From contig MU058844.1 of the NCBI GenBank assembly GCA_013265495.1, positions 9,568,184-9,632,183 on the forward strand: a DNA stretch of 64,000 nt, written 5' to 3'. Every line of letters begins with the position of its first letter. Position 1 is the first letter of the stretch. The notes under the pieces were generated by a model. That model had not been told where the DNA came from. It did not search any database and saw only the letters and a program-made list of their open reading frames with translations. This document shows positions 12,904 to 25,334 of the stretch, one piece after another. The stretch is from Vicugna vicugna (Eukaryota). A program made the position numbers and the translations under genes.

Positions 12904-13400
12904 ATCTGAAGCTATTTACTTTAAACAGATCTCTGATTTTTTTTTTTAAGTTTGACATGTCAAGCAAAGACTAGGTAACGCAAAAATACTTGTCAGATAT
13001 TGTCTTATTGTTTATCACATGAAATATAATGTCTGTTCTCTAAATTAGAAATAATATTTTGTATCTGAGAGGGTAGTATTTTGTATCTGAGAAGTAATGC
13101 GCAATGGTCAGTTGCACATACAGATGGAAAATAGGTTGAATGCAAGTAACGTGTGGAGAATGCATCTTAGGCCTACTCCTTTAAACTCTTCTGAAGTAAA
13201 TCTCAGTTGTCTTTTCCCCTAACTTCCATGCTTATTAATCAGGAAGAATAGATTACATTTTCTAAAAAGTAGTAAATATGATCACTATATATTATATTAC
13301 AGAAACCTAAGCAGAGGATATGAATATAGGGTTTTTTTTAATGCTATAGCCACTGTTTTTGAAAGTGTTACGTTTATTCGGCTTTAAGGATTTCTTTCTG

Positions 13401-13641
13401 TTTTTTTTTTTTTAAGAAGTATAGTTGATTTAGAGTATTAGTTTCAAGCATACAACATAGTGATTCGACACTTACATACATTATAAACTGATCGTCACAA
13501 GTCTAGTTACCACCTGTCACTATACAAAGTTCTTACAGCATTATTGACTCTCTTCCCTATGCTGTACATTACATCCCCCTTGACTTATTTATTTTATAAC
13601 TGGAAGTTTGTATCTCTTAATCCTCTTCACCTAATTTGCCC
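13401..13641 (-). mobile_element. L1 3' end (L1MA9/L1_Art-like), 5'-truncated
   Basis: Poly-T followed by gaagtatagttgattta...catacaacatagtgattc...ttataactggaagtttgta. Confidence 0.85.
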
Positions 13642-14124
13642 AAATAAGCCCCCACCCTATAAGCATCTCATTTTTTAAAGTATGACTTTATATAAATCCA
13701 TATTTCACTCAGATTCCCAAAGAATAAAAGAAAGAAGGAAGAGGGATGTGTTTTGAGATGTCAGCAATCTGAAGAAGTTGAAACTTAAAGTTTGTTTAAT
13801 TTCTCTGACCTCCTATTGGTGGATCCAGGGTGAAGAATTCATTTACATTCAAATACAGGCTGGATCTCAGCGGGTTTATGGAAGCAGCTGTCCTTTGCCG
13901 GTAGCCTCACTGACTTTCTTTTTTCTCCTCTTCAGGCCCTCATTTCCCTTATTTTGTCCATTACTCACTGCTCTGTACCTTTCACTAACACTGCCACAAC
14001 CAGGGGCCTAATGACCTGAACCAGGGAACCTGCCAGCCCATTTACTGAGAGCTCCTGAAGGATGACTCTGATAAAACTGAATTCAAGGAACTCCAGAGTA
14101 TCAAGCAGAAAACTGAACCAGAAA

Positions 14125-14390
14125 TAATAATCATAATACTGGATAAAATTTATTGAGCAATTAGGATGTGCCAGGAACTCTTCTAAGTGCTTCATATACA
14201 TTAAATTTCTTAATCGTTACAATAATCCTATGAGTATTAGGTACTGTTTTTAATCTCATTTTTAAGAAGGAAACTGAGTTATGTAGGATTTTTTAAAGTC
14301 TACTCACTTCATAGCTAGCAAGTGATAGTGCCATGATACAAACCCAGAGGTGTGGGCTTCAAAGCGTCTTTCCCTTAACCGTCCTTCCTT
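14125..14390 (-). mobile_element. MIR SINE
   Basis: tttattgagc...gtgccagg...ctaagtgcttcatatacatt...aaggaaactgag. Confidence 0.8.
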
Positions 14391-14494
14391 GTAGATACGT
14401 TCACATGAGCTTTCCAGGAATTCAGTCTCTGCTTAGAGTTGATGCTAACCCTTACCATGGACCTCCCAGCACCCCATGCTTCAGAATATTTCAT

Positions 14495-14983
14495 CATCGC
14501 AGCTCTCCCACTGCTGCTCTAAAAAATTACAATTGTAGCGGCTTAGAAGAATTCAAATTAATTTTCTTGTTTTATTGTAGGACCGAAGTCCAAGACAGTC
14601 TCACTAGGCTTTCGAAGGCTCTAGGAAAGACTCATTTCTTTGCCTTTTTCAGTTTCTAGGGACCGCCTGCATTCCTTGCCTCCTGGTTCCATTCTCCATC
14701 CTCAAAACCAGCAATGGTGGTCAAGCCCTCACAGTGCACTGCTCTGATCTCTGCTTCCATCATCACATCTCCTTCCCTGACTGCTTCTTTCTCCTTCTTC
14801 CACTTTTAATTATATTGGACCCACCTGGACAGTCCAGGATCCTCTCCATATCAGCTGTTTAGCAACCTTAATTCCATCTACAACCTTAATTTCCCTTTAC
14901 CATGGAATCTAACATAGTCACAGGTTCCAGGGATTAGAATGAGGACATATTGTGGGAGGGGAGCATTACTTCTGTCTACCACA
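14495..14983 (-). mobile_element. MLT1D-like MaLR solo LTR
   Basis: Ends cacaggttccagggattagaatgaggacat...ttctgtctaccaca, the reverse of the MLT1D 5' end. Confidence 0.85.
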
Positions 14984-16342
14984 ATGACTCATTTAGAAAT
15001 TAGCAAAGCAATTTGATCAACAAATTTAAACTAATGTGGAAAAAAAGAATTATTAATCTGTTGAATTATAAGTCATGGGAATGAGGGGGACAATGAGAAC
15101 ATTTGGAGCCAGTGCTTCTTCCCAGTGGGTATTTCAATCCCGCACGCTTTGGATGCCTGGTGCTGTCAGCTGCTGGCGTATCCCGCAGGCCTACTCCTCC
15201 TCTGGATGGATGAAGAGATTCGAGACTCTTTCTGAAATTCACCTGCTCTGAGTCCCATTCCCATGTAACTATATGGTGCATTAATTTATTAAAATTCAAT
15301 CACTTGGGAGCTAACGGACTTGAAGGAAGTTATTCAATATACGACTCAGTCAGATGATCTGTTATGGAGATTCAATAAGAAAGAGTATGTAAAACTCTTA
15401 ACCAAATATGTGGCAATTAGTGAACACTCAATAGTAACAGCAGCGTAGCAGAGTAGTAACGACAGGTGATACTTCTATGTGGTATCCTGTCAGGTGACCC
15501 CTGAAGAAGGACAGTGACTTCATGTATGACTTTCAGCTCCACTCTGCAGGCCCAAGGTGCTTTTAGGCAAATCTTCAGAAGGCTTGGCGACTGGGGAGTG
15601 TGGATGCAGAGGCGGTAGATTGCAAACCTATTCCCCTCCCCCCATTTTCATGCCAGCCAGAACAATTTGTTAAATAAAATGTTTTTGTATATGGTGCTCG
15701 GCATTCATTGAAATAAAAACATCTGCAGCTTTAAAAACAAAGAGTGAAAGCTGTTCTTTCTGAAAGAAATGACTCTATAATGGTGGAAGAGTGACAGGTC
15801 TGGGGGAGTGTTTGGGGAGACTGCTCCCCCAAATCTGACCGTACAGGGCAGCTGCCTACTCTGTTCTGCTCCATGTCAGGCTGACCTCATGGGAGAGGAA
15901 ATGAGCCTACCATCTGCTTCACGGAAGGGATATTGGTGCTTCCAGCCTATCAAAGAGAGGCTTTGCTTACATGTACCTCAACAAGAGCGCTACCAGTCAT
16001 CCGAAGAGTCATACTGTAAAGGTTTTCTCTCCTTTGACTCCACGAAGAAAAACAGAGTCATCTGGAATTGGGAGGAAGAAATGTCTTACATTTAAAATGT
16101 TTCCAAACTGGTGTTTTTTAATTTAATTTTAGGGAATAACTGTGTCTTTCCCATCCTCATTTGATAATTACTTCCTTTGCAAACATCGAACAATTTTTTC
16201 ACGTGTGGAAGACTGCATGAATGATAAAGCCCAAAATAAACCTGTTCTCACATAGCACATGCTCCTTTGATATTTTTAGCACATTGTAGTTGACAAATGA
16301 ATACTAATCACCGATTTCTCTTCGCTCTTCTCCGCCTTCCAG

Positions 16343-16670
16343 GTCCTTGAAGAAAAGCTACTTGATCAAACATCCAATAGTCACAAATTTGAAACCGTGC
16401 TTCAGAATCCCAGCACATAGTAAAGGAAAAGACAACACTGATAATTATACCTGTCAAGAAACTGTGAACATGTGGTGTATAAATTCTTTGCCAAGGCAGC
16501 TCGACACCTTCTTTCTCTGGGGCTGAACCCCCCACCGTTCACGAGCTCTTTACGCACACAGACCTTCCATTCGCTGCAGTGGGAATTCTCAGTGTGTAAA
16601 GGGAGAGGTTTTCCAGTCTGCAGACTGAAACAGTATAAGAAGAATAAAGTCCATGACTTTCACATAAATC
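16343..16670 (+). other. LIN7A: LIN7A terminal exon / 3'UTR, proximal form (may extend several kb further)
   Basis: Strong acceptor. The sequence AAAGCTACTTGATCAAACATCC...TTTGAAACCGTGCTTCAGAATCCCAGCACATAG matches my recollection of the mammalian LIN7A 3'UTR. AATAAA at 16643. Confidence 0.85.
16643..16648 (+). terminator. LIN7A: Proximal polyadenylation signal of LIN7A
   Basis: First AATAAA in the terminal exon, 300 nt after the acceptor. Confidence 0.7.
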
Positions 16671-18676
16671 ACCAGGGCCAGGGTTAAGTGAATCTTGGGT
16701 CTATAGCTTTTACAGAGATTAACAGATCCCTCATTAGGCAATAGTTCAAACTGCATCAGTTCAAGGTTGTCGCCACTTAAAAGAAACCTACACACTGCCC
16801 CTCACCCTGACCTGTTCCACATCCATATTGCTGAGTTGTCTGAATTAGAATTTGAGTTAATTGCAAATTCAACCTCTGTTCCCCTCTTGAAAACGGCAAG
16901 TTGTTACACTATATTTATACTCTCTTCAGGTTCCAGAAGCAGTTGGCTTTTTATTTTCTGTTTCCATGAATTTTATTATGCATGAACAGAGTGGGGCAAT
17001 TTCAGCTCAACTTTTAGTTGGTTAGAAGCAAGGATAGAGAACTCTGGTACTGTTTGTTGTTTGTTTTTTTTTTTTATTTAAGTCTTACTCATATACATTC
17101 TTATTAATTCTAACAGAATGTAATCTTTATTTATTCCACGAAATGTATATTATCAGAGTTTGGTAACAAACTTAGGTCTTTTTTTACCAAGTGTTAGGAA
17201 TCTGGAAAGGGAATACAATGAAAGGACCTAGCTTCATGAATTCATCCTCATGATATTTATATATAACCCTGCTCTCGATATTTTTAGTTGAGTTTTATAT
17301 TTTTGATTGATAAACTCTAGAGAATTCTAAACTCTTTTTACCTACACTGATGTGCTGTCATAGAAGTCTATTTGATATTTTAAAGCTGAGGGCTTTACAA
17401 AACTAAATTACATATGTGCATATATATATATATATACAAATATATGTCATTCAAAGTTTAGGTCAGTTTTCCCAAATATACACTGGATATTTTTGTCAAT
17501 CTAAGATCAAAAATACTATCCCTCTTAAAATTAGGCATACGGAAACCAGTGATATTAATATTGTGAATGAAGAGATGCCGCTGCTTCTAGGGTAAAACTA
17601 TACCTACTTCATTACACATATTTCACATAGGTAAATAGACAATGAGACATCATCTTTCAGAAGAGTATCATTTCCTGGAAAATTATCTGTTAGAGTTGCT
17701 GATACTGTTTATAACTTTTGACTTACGGTTAATCTAGGAGCATAAATCTGATTTTACTTTATGGAATTAACAGGAAGTAATAATTATTTGGGCACTTAAA
17801 TACCTTAACCACACAAGCGTACCTGAAAAAAAGAATAAATGTCCAGTTGAAACATTCTAGATAGATCATTAAAACTGAGGCAAATATTTGAACAATCCCT
17901 CTTCTCAAAGCGAGAAATTGGTTCCCCAAGATACAATAAACTTCCCATTTCAGATGGGTCCCCAAATTAGCAATTTATGAAGCTCAGTTTAGGACTTGTT
18001 TTCTTGGGAATACAATAAGCGACCCCGCGCATTTCCTTTTGCCCTGTCAGGCGGTATTACTGTCCATACCAGGTTCTGCCTAGTATTCACAGCCCCTCAC
18101 CCAGCGTAGGACGAACAGCAAGGAGCCAAGGAGGTGCGCCAATCCCAGCAGTGCCCTGCTGTGGTAACAGACTCCCATCCTAGAATACATACCATGTTTT
18201 ACTCATGAGAACTTGTGGGAGAGGGCTCTGAATGTTATGTAAAAATAGGTTTACAAAAGAGATAAGCATGACTAAAAGGAATGAGTGGACAATATGTGAG
18301 TATTATTCAGTTTCTAAGAGGTAGTTCTCATTTTTATAAGAAAAATTTAATAAAACATATATTTTAGTTATCATGTAACAGAAAAATATTAAAGCTATTC
18401 AGGCTATGCCACAGATTCTCATAAAGGGAGATCATGGCACCCTTGTAATGAGATAATGGTCTTTTCAACACATCTCAATACATTGTATAAATTTGAAGCT
18501 TAAGGTATATTTTCATTTAGCCATTAAGTGGTTGCTTAATACTAAATTATATGTTTTCACGTCAATATAAATATTGTCATGGTTTTAAAGAAGCAACTAT
18601 CAGATGCGCAGATACCATACATTTGTGTTTTCTGGATGTCTGTATTTTGTGCTTCATCTGCATAATGTTAAGTGAT

Positions 18677-18682
18677 AATAAA
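18677..18682 (+). terminator. Candidate distal polyadenylation signal
   Basis: AATAAA with upstream TGTA/U-rich sequence and downstream GT-rich tgtgtgcccagttgtttg. Confidence 0.4.
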
Positions 18683-20479
18683 TGTGTGCCCAGTTGTTTG
18701 TCCAAGTGAAGGGGCAGTCCATCACACCTAAGGCATCTAAGGACAGATTACACGTCACGCTGGCCCTTCATACAAATGACCAGTTGAATGGCCAGTTTTG
18801 TTCATTAAAATGTAGTTATTGAAATGTAAGCCTTCTCCTGAAGTTTTAATCAAAAGTAGCCATTCCTAAGACTTAGAGAGGACCCATGTGGTTCTCTAAA
18901 GGTTCACTGAAGCCAGAGGGAAGAAGAAAAAAATTACCAGAACTTGTATTAATGCTTTTTATTATTAATGATCATATTAGAGCCACTAACATGTCCAAAA
19001 TCACATTAAAGATGTATCAGTTTGCTCCTACATGAAGCTCAATCTTTAATGCTATAAACAAATGAGATATTAAAAGCTAGGGGAAAAAGTGTTACTATTT
19101 ATTCATCAGTGACCCTGGTAAATTTTAGTTCTTTCCCTTGGCCGGGTTAGTGCCCAGATTTTTCCAAACGCTCTCCTGCTCTGATTTTGAAGGCAAATAT
19201 ACAGAGCATAGTTCAGTAAAAGAATACCCCAACCTCTTCATTGAGGCATTTACATTTTGATTCTGTTGCCATTTGAAGTAGAACATCCACAGGGAAATAA
19301 TGAGCTTAAATTACAATTGACTTTGGAAAGAATAACAGATTTTGTGCTTCCTCAATCATGTAATCAATAGGGAATTCTCTAGTTATGTGAGCTACCACTA
19401 TCTTTTAAGACAATGCTGAGATCTAAATGCAAAAATCTATCATTCAGGAGCTTTTTAAGAATTCAAGGCTGTCTCTAAAGAACTTGGTTAGAGATGGATT
19501 ACACCAAATTACAAATGCAGTTTTCAACCATGGCAAAATCAAAGTGATCTGATCTCAGTTCATTTCACTCGGCTGTGCCTGCAGGACTCTGAGACACTGG
19601 GATACTTTACCTGCATTATTTTTAACCTCCGTAGATATTTGTGGATGTGTGGATAATGCCTGAACTTCTCATCTTTGGGCTAGTTTGTGTTTATCACACA
19701 GACACAGCTTGTTAGTAAGACCAGCTTTAACAACATTGTGAGGTAAAACTCAATGGTCTAAAGATTCAGGGAGGCCAACATAAGGCAAAATCTCCCCAAA
19801 CATGGGGTACTCCTATCCATCTCATCCCTCTCTAGGTCAAAATCCATGAGAAAGGGCTGAACCTGCCTTGTGGACTGCTATATCCCTGGCATCTGGGATA
19901 ATGCCCCGCACAATATAGGCACTCAATATTTGTTGAATGAATGAACAATTAAATAGGTGGATAGACAAGTAAATGAAGTTTGTCTTCTGATAATCTGAAA
20001 AATGTCAGCAACTTATACTGATTGGCACTATAATTTCTGAGTTATATAGTTAGAACTAGAATTGACTCTTCATAAATACTTTTTAGACATTTGAATTTAG
20101 AACCAATTGCTTCAAGGGCTACTAACAAGGGTTTGAGGACAGTTAGATAAGGAATAATGTTTGGGGATTTGGAGTTTTTACAGTGAATAAAACTCAGCCT
20201 TTCTAGTTATTTATGAAAGCCCCTTGAGTTACATGCGAGGATGACCCAAACACAGAACTCCATTTATAAATTTTGTGAACTATTACGTTTTCATCTTTAA
20301 AAAAAAGAAAATTCACATCATCATGCATATTACTAACATCCCCTTCAATGTTTATTAGCAACTTCTAAGTTCATCATAATTGGAGACACCATCTCTAAAT
20401 CCTCTCCTGCTTCCAAAAGATCACTTCTTTCTTATTTGCTTCCTAGAATGTACCTAATCACAAAGCTATTAAGATTTGT

Positions 20480-20620
20480 CCATGTGTTTATTCATCTAAC
20501 AGGTATTTACTGTGCACCTGGTACATGCTAGGTTCTGGAAACAGAATGGCAAACAAGACAGACATAGTGCCCCCAGGGAGTCTGCCGTGAGGAACGCCTC
20601 AACATTTGCTCTAGTGGTAA
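20480..20620 (-). mobile_element. L2 3'-end fragment
   Basis: ttattcatctaacaggtatttactgtgcacct...acaagacagacatagtgcc. Confidence 0.6.
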
Positions 20621-20819
20621 CTGGAGTTGACTGTCCATTGTGTCCTTCTTCACAGCTGATAGAAGAAATAAAATCCCCGACCTTGTGGAAATCATAGAAG
20701 ACTCCCTGTGCATATCTACTCGAGGCTGCATTTCTAAATACCCTACTCAAGAATGCTGCTCCATTTATCCATACACCATAGTTACACCCCAGTGACAGTT
20801 TATCCGTAACTAATACTCA

Positions 20820-21010
20820 CTTAGCTCTTAGGAGGTTCGACTGTGCTCAGTCCATTCATAGACTATCTCACTGAATCCCTTCAACAACTCTGTTCAGTAG
20901 GTCCTGTTTTATAGACAAGAAAACAAGCACAGCTATGTGACCTCTCCAAGGTCACAGAGTTAGCACATGGAACTGGCGTTTGAACCCCCACAGTATAACA
21001 CAAGAGCTCA
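20820..21010 (-). mobile_element. MIR SINE fragment
   Basis: ttttatagacaagaaaac...tgacctctccaaggtcacagagttag...tttgaaccc. Confidence 0.65.
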
Positions 21011-21752
21011 TGTGTATAAGCATCATCAGTGGCTTGGGGGACACCATTACATTAAAATACATGTCAGAAAAATAAGTGTCACTGTATGTAAAAGTACTTT
21101 GTTATTGTAAAGTAGAATACAAAAAGATACTAGTAAATTATGATCAACAATCCACATCAGTGGCAGAAACAGAGTGAGATCTCAATCTTACGTTACAGCT
21201 TAATCTCATGAAGACTATTTCAGGCCAGGGACATGGATAAAAAAGTACAGATCTAGAAAATTTCTGACGTGATAAATATTGCATTGACTTTTCAGAATTA
21301 TTTGTTGTTAGCCACTGTGTCTATTTGGTGCTACAAAAAAAAATGGAAAGAAACAAAATCCCTTGCTGTAAGGGCTTATAATAAATACACAGTGTGGAGA
21401 TGAATCAAGGGTATTTCACATTTATGGGGAAAGATTGGGCGATAGTACTATTTTTCTCACCATTGCATGTGATCTTGTCTACTTGTTTTCGTTATTTTTC
21501 TGAAAGAGCTGCAAAATTGTGCAGTGGTTCAAGCTGACCAAAGTGGTATTATGCTGCTGGGAAGTAAAAGTATCAGATACTAGACTGGAAGTATTGTCTT
21601 CATTATCAAATGACTTTAAGTTCTTTGAAAGCATGAAGATAGAGAAACTTCCAGATGCTGAAGGCACCTGAATATTTGGATGTGAAGTTCCTTGTGTTTC
21701 TCCATTCTAGACCACACATGCTATTGAGGGGTTAGGTTCTAAAACCAATATG

Positions 21753-21907
21753 GGGGTGTTGGGGGTATGGAGGGCATAGTTCAGTGGTAGAGTGTGTGCT
21801 TAGCATGCACAAGGTCCTGGATTCAATCCCCAGTACCTCCATTTAAAAAATAAATAATTAAACCTAATTACCTCCCCCCAACAACAACAACAAAACAAAC
21901 AAACAAA
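21753..21907 (+). mobile_element. Camelid tRNA-derived SINE (Vic-1 type)
   Basis: A box tagttcagtgg, B box ggattcaatccc, tail aaacctaattacctccccc followed by an A-rich end; CAATATG on both flanks (21746-21752, 21908-21914). Confidence 0.9.
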
Positions 21908-23652
21908 CAATATGAACGGCGAAAATTGAGATTGGTCTCACATGATTACCACAATCAGGTAGACCAGTGTCCACGCCTGTGGGAACAGTAAACTCATGGT
22001 TTTCATCTCATTCACTAACAAAGAGAAATCATACTCATTATTAAAATTTTTTTTGTCTCCTGCCCTCCCAGCTATAGTGTAGCACGTGGTACACCATAAA
22101 TGCTGGTTCATATTGGTGGAAGAAAGGAGTCTTCTTAAGAAAACTTTTTATTATGTCATCATTCTTTCCTACGACAGACTAATTAATTGCTTCAAATAAT
22201 TAACATTTTGGAAAGCTTAGCTTTACACAGAATACACCAGTGAATAAGTTCATATGCCTTTTGTCCAAAATCAAACTTTGCTTTTCTCTGCTTCCCTTTA
22301 TTTCTACTGATGGTATTACCATTCTCTATTCAAATGTAGTCATATCTCTCACTTGCCATTCACATCAATTCTTAGATTCTTTAGATTTTACTTTGACAAA
22401 GTCTCTTGAAACTATATTCTCTTACCTGTTCTTGCTGTTGCTACCTTTGAAAAGAACCTCAGTAATTTTTACTAGGACTTTTGTGAACTTTTAACTTTTC
22501 CTAATTACCATTCCTCCACATATATATTTTTTCCTATATATTGATGCTTGATAACTCCCCCTGAAGCTATGAGTTTGCTCAAAATCCTCCAAAGGGTCTC
22601 CCATCAAAAAAAAAAAAATTTCTAGTCAAGAGTCTCTGAACCAAAACACTGACATGATGTTGCAGAAGAACATTATAGTGCCCTCCTATCCACAAGGGCA
22701 AAATGTAGAACATGAAATGTGATGATGCTGAACTCCAGTACGTGGACTGTGAAATAGAAGCTACAGGGTTCCATGACATGGAGAAATATCGCAAGTTTTT
22801 CTTCAGGATGAAATTGAATACAAAGACTAGCAGTGTTTGTGTTGAAGATACAAGAAAGTGTCGATTATGACCCACCAGTTCCAAAGTATTTGTTTGGGAT
22901 GGGGTGTGTGCGTGTGTGAGAATGTGCAGGGCTAACATAGTGTGTGGACTAACAGGCTAACGTTAGGAACAAGTTTGGCTGGAAACGTGTATTTCGTGAC
23001 TGTACAGCGCTGCTTTTTTAAACTTGTTCTATCTTGTCATCCAAGTTGACCACTACCTAGTCGTGGAAACTATCCTAAACTTTTCTCCCCCTGAGCTTTT
23101 GATTATTTCTGAAATGCCTCTTTCCTTCCCCTGAAAAAAATCCTCAACTTTTTAGGCCCATTTCAGATGGTCCTTTCTTCCAAGAAGCTCCTTCTGATTT
23201 TTCCAGGTTGATGTTAGTTATCAACTCCATCATCAAATCCCATTGTGATCTTTATTCACCTTCTTAGCTTTTTTCTTAGCTTGTCGTATGATATACCCTT
23301 TTGTGTCTTTACCACTTTAATTTCCCCTGCAGTTAGTACTTACATATGGAGTGGGTGCTTAATATTTCATAAAAGGAATTACCTTTCACTTGTCAACTTC
23401 ACAGAATGGCTTCTGGATTATTTTGGGGTCTATCTCAGTTCTCGGTAGCTCACCCATGAAGTTCATCTGAAATGAGAACTGAATACCAGATGCTTTTGAA
23501 GAGAAAAAAAGCCTTAATTATTGAGTATTTTGATTTAAAAAAAAAGAACATAAAGGTAAAAGTGGTAATCCTTATCACTTACTTCCTATGTTTTTCTGAT
23601 CTGATTTTTATTCTCAGGATGAATGTGAAGGTTGATATAAACATTTTAGAAG

Positions 23653-23679
23653 ACCACCACCACCACCACCACCACCACC
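23653..23679. repeat. (ACC/CAC)n trinucleotide microsatellite
   Basis: About 9 units read directly. Confidence 0.9.
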
Positions 23680-25334
23680 TCCTCTACACACATAGACTGA
23701 CTTATCACTGCTGATTTATCCCCACATATTTGGTTGCTTATTCCATGGGAAAAACGATGAAGGGTAAAGTTGGGTTTCAAGCCAGCAGTCAGACAAACAA
23801 GACGGGCACCATAATATTACTTTCAACTGACAACAGTCCTGTGTGGTGGTCCTGTCTATTGCTGCTCTCCCACAGAACACAAACTACCCACTATTCATTA
23901 GTCTTCCCCCACCACCCCCTAAGCCACTGCCTGAGGAATGGGAGATTGCAAACTAATTATTATTGTCTCCACTGCTTTAGCTTATATAGAAAAAAAAGAG
24001 TTAATTGAAGCCAAAACATTTAACTAGCCTTAGTCACACATTGTGTTCTTTTGTGTTGCCAACACAAAGTTTTACCTGAGCATGACATTTATATAACAAA
24101 TATGTTCAACATGATATTAATTCAGCACCCCCCGGCCCCAAGGGCAAAAAACACAATATCCTAAAGGAAATTCTCCACACATAGACTAAGACCTGTACTG
24201 TTTTTTCATTCTGTAAGTTAGAATGATCACAAACAGAACTTTAAGAAATATCCCATGTGAATACAACATAATTTCAAAGAGTTTAATTGCTACCTGTCCA
24301 ATAAATCTTGCTTCCTGTGGGCTTTTGTACATTAACTGCATTTTGTATCTAAAAAGGCTACAAGTGTGAAGGCCTGACTGGCTTCTGCAGAAGGAGACCC
24401 ACAGAGGGTCTGTATCTGAATTTTTTGTAACAGAACTTTCCAGCTTCCGGTCCTCTGCTTTGCAGATCCAGGCTCATTTGTTTTTCCTAGGAAACCATGG
24501 ACACTCTCATCTAACACCTGTTTTCTCAGAATAATTACTAAACAGTACCCCCTTTAACTCTCAGAAGTGCCCAATTTAGATAACACATTACCTGGAAATG
24601 ATAAAGTTCTAGGATGATGGTTTCTATTAAACTTCTTCAGTTCACAGGATGATTGGAAGGATTCCATATTGCTGCAAGTCACCAAAACAAGACTCAATAG
24701 AACTTGAGTAAAAAAGAGAATTCACTACTGCTTAATCAGGCCAGACCCAGGGTCTCAATGTTGATAGAATTCTCGCCTCTTCTTACCTCTCTCTGTCAGC
24801 TCAACTTTGTCTCCTCTTTTGGTTTGTGGTCCTTAGTCTCCTTGCTTGTCAGTTTCTCTCACTTGTCTGTTCCTCTCCTAGTCCTTGCAGCCCCAGACAT
24901 ATATCCTTATAGCTCTTAATCTAAGAAGAAAATCAGACTTTTTCTCAGAGTCGATTTTGTACAGGTAGCCTTTGAATGGCCCTGCTTGGCTCTGGTGCTT
25001 ATCTTCTGAGGGAAACACTATGGGAAAAAACGGCATGAGTGGCCAGGCTTGGATCACAGCCTCATGTCTACCAAGCATCATTGTTAGCTGTAGGGAAACC
25101 ATGAAGAGTCACACACTAACAGTTCTACTACAATGCAAGCTAGGAAGAGAACTACAAACTGCACACAGATATCAAAAAGGCAGTTCAATTACAGATGGAT
25201 AACATGATACCCAAAGAAATTAGAAAAATCTTAGAAGAGATACTAGTTGAAATAGATGGTAAAACGTTGCATGAGATTTGACAAATATGGAAGGAGTCTA
25301 GAAGAGTGTTAAGATAGACATTGATTGGAGAAGG

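Larger units (their letters stand above)
8970..16342 (+). other. LIN7A: LIN7A last intron, lying immediately after the stop codon
   Basis: GTAAGG donor at 8970; branch-like TACTAAT at 16302-16308; pyrimidine tract ttctcttcgctcttctccgccttccAG ending at 16342. Confidence 0.88.

Noticed and set aside
18019..18170. Small GC/CpG patch with CTCF-like GCAGTGCCCTGCTGTGG
   Set aside because: It has three mismatches in the CTCF core and is too short for a CpG island.
21765..21842. tRNA-like sequences here and at about 31645 and 52510
   Set aside because: Each has a shared SINE tail, an A-rich end and flanking repeats, so they are SINEs rather than tRNA genes.
23472..23714. ORF with a poly-His run
   Set aside because: It is a translation of a (CAC)n microsatellite, with no splice or homology support.
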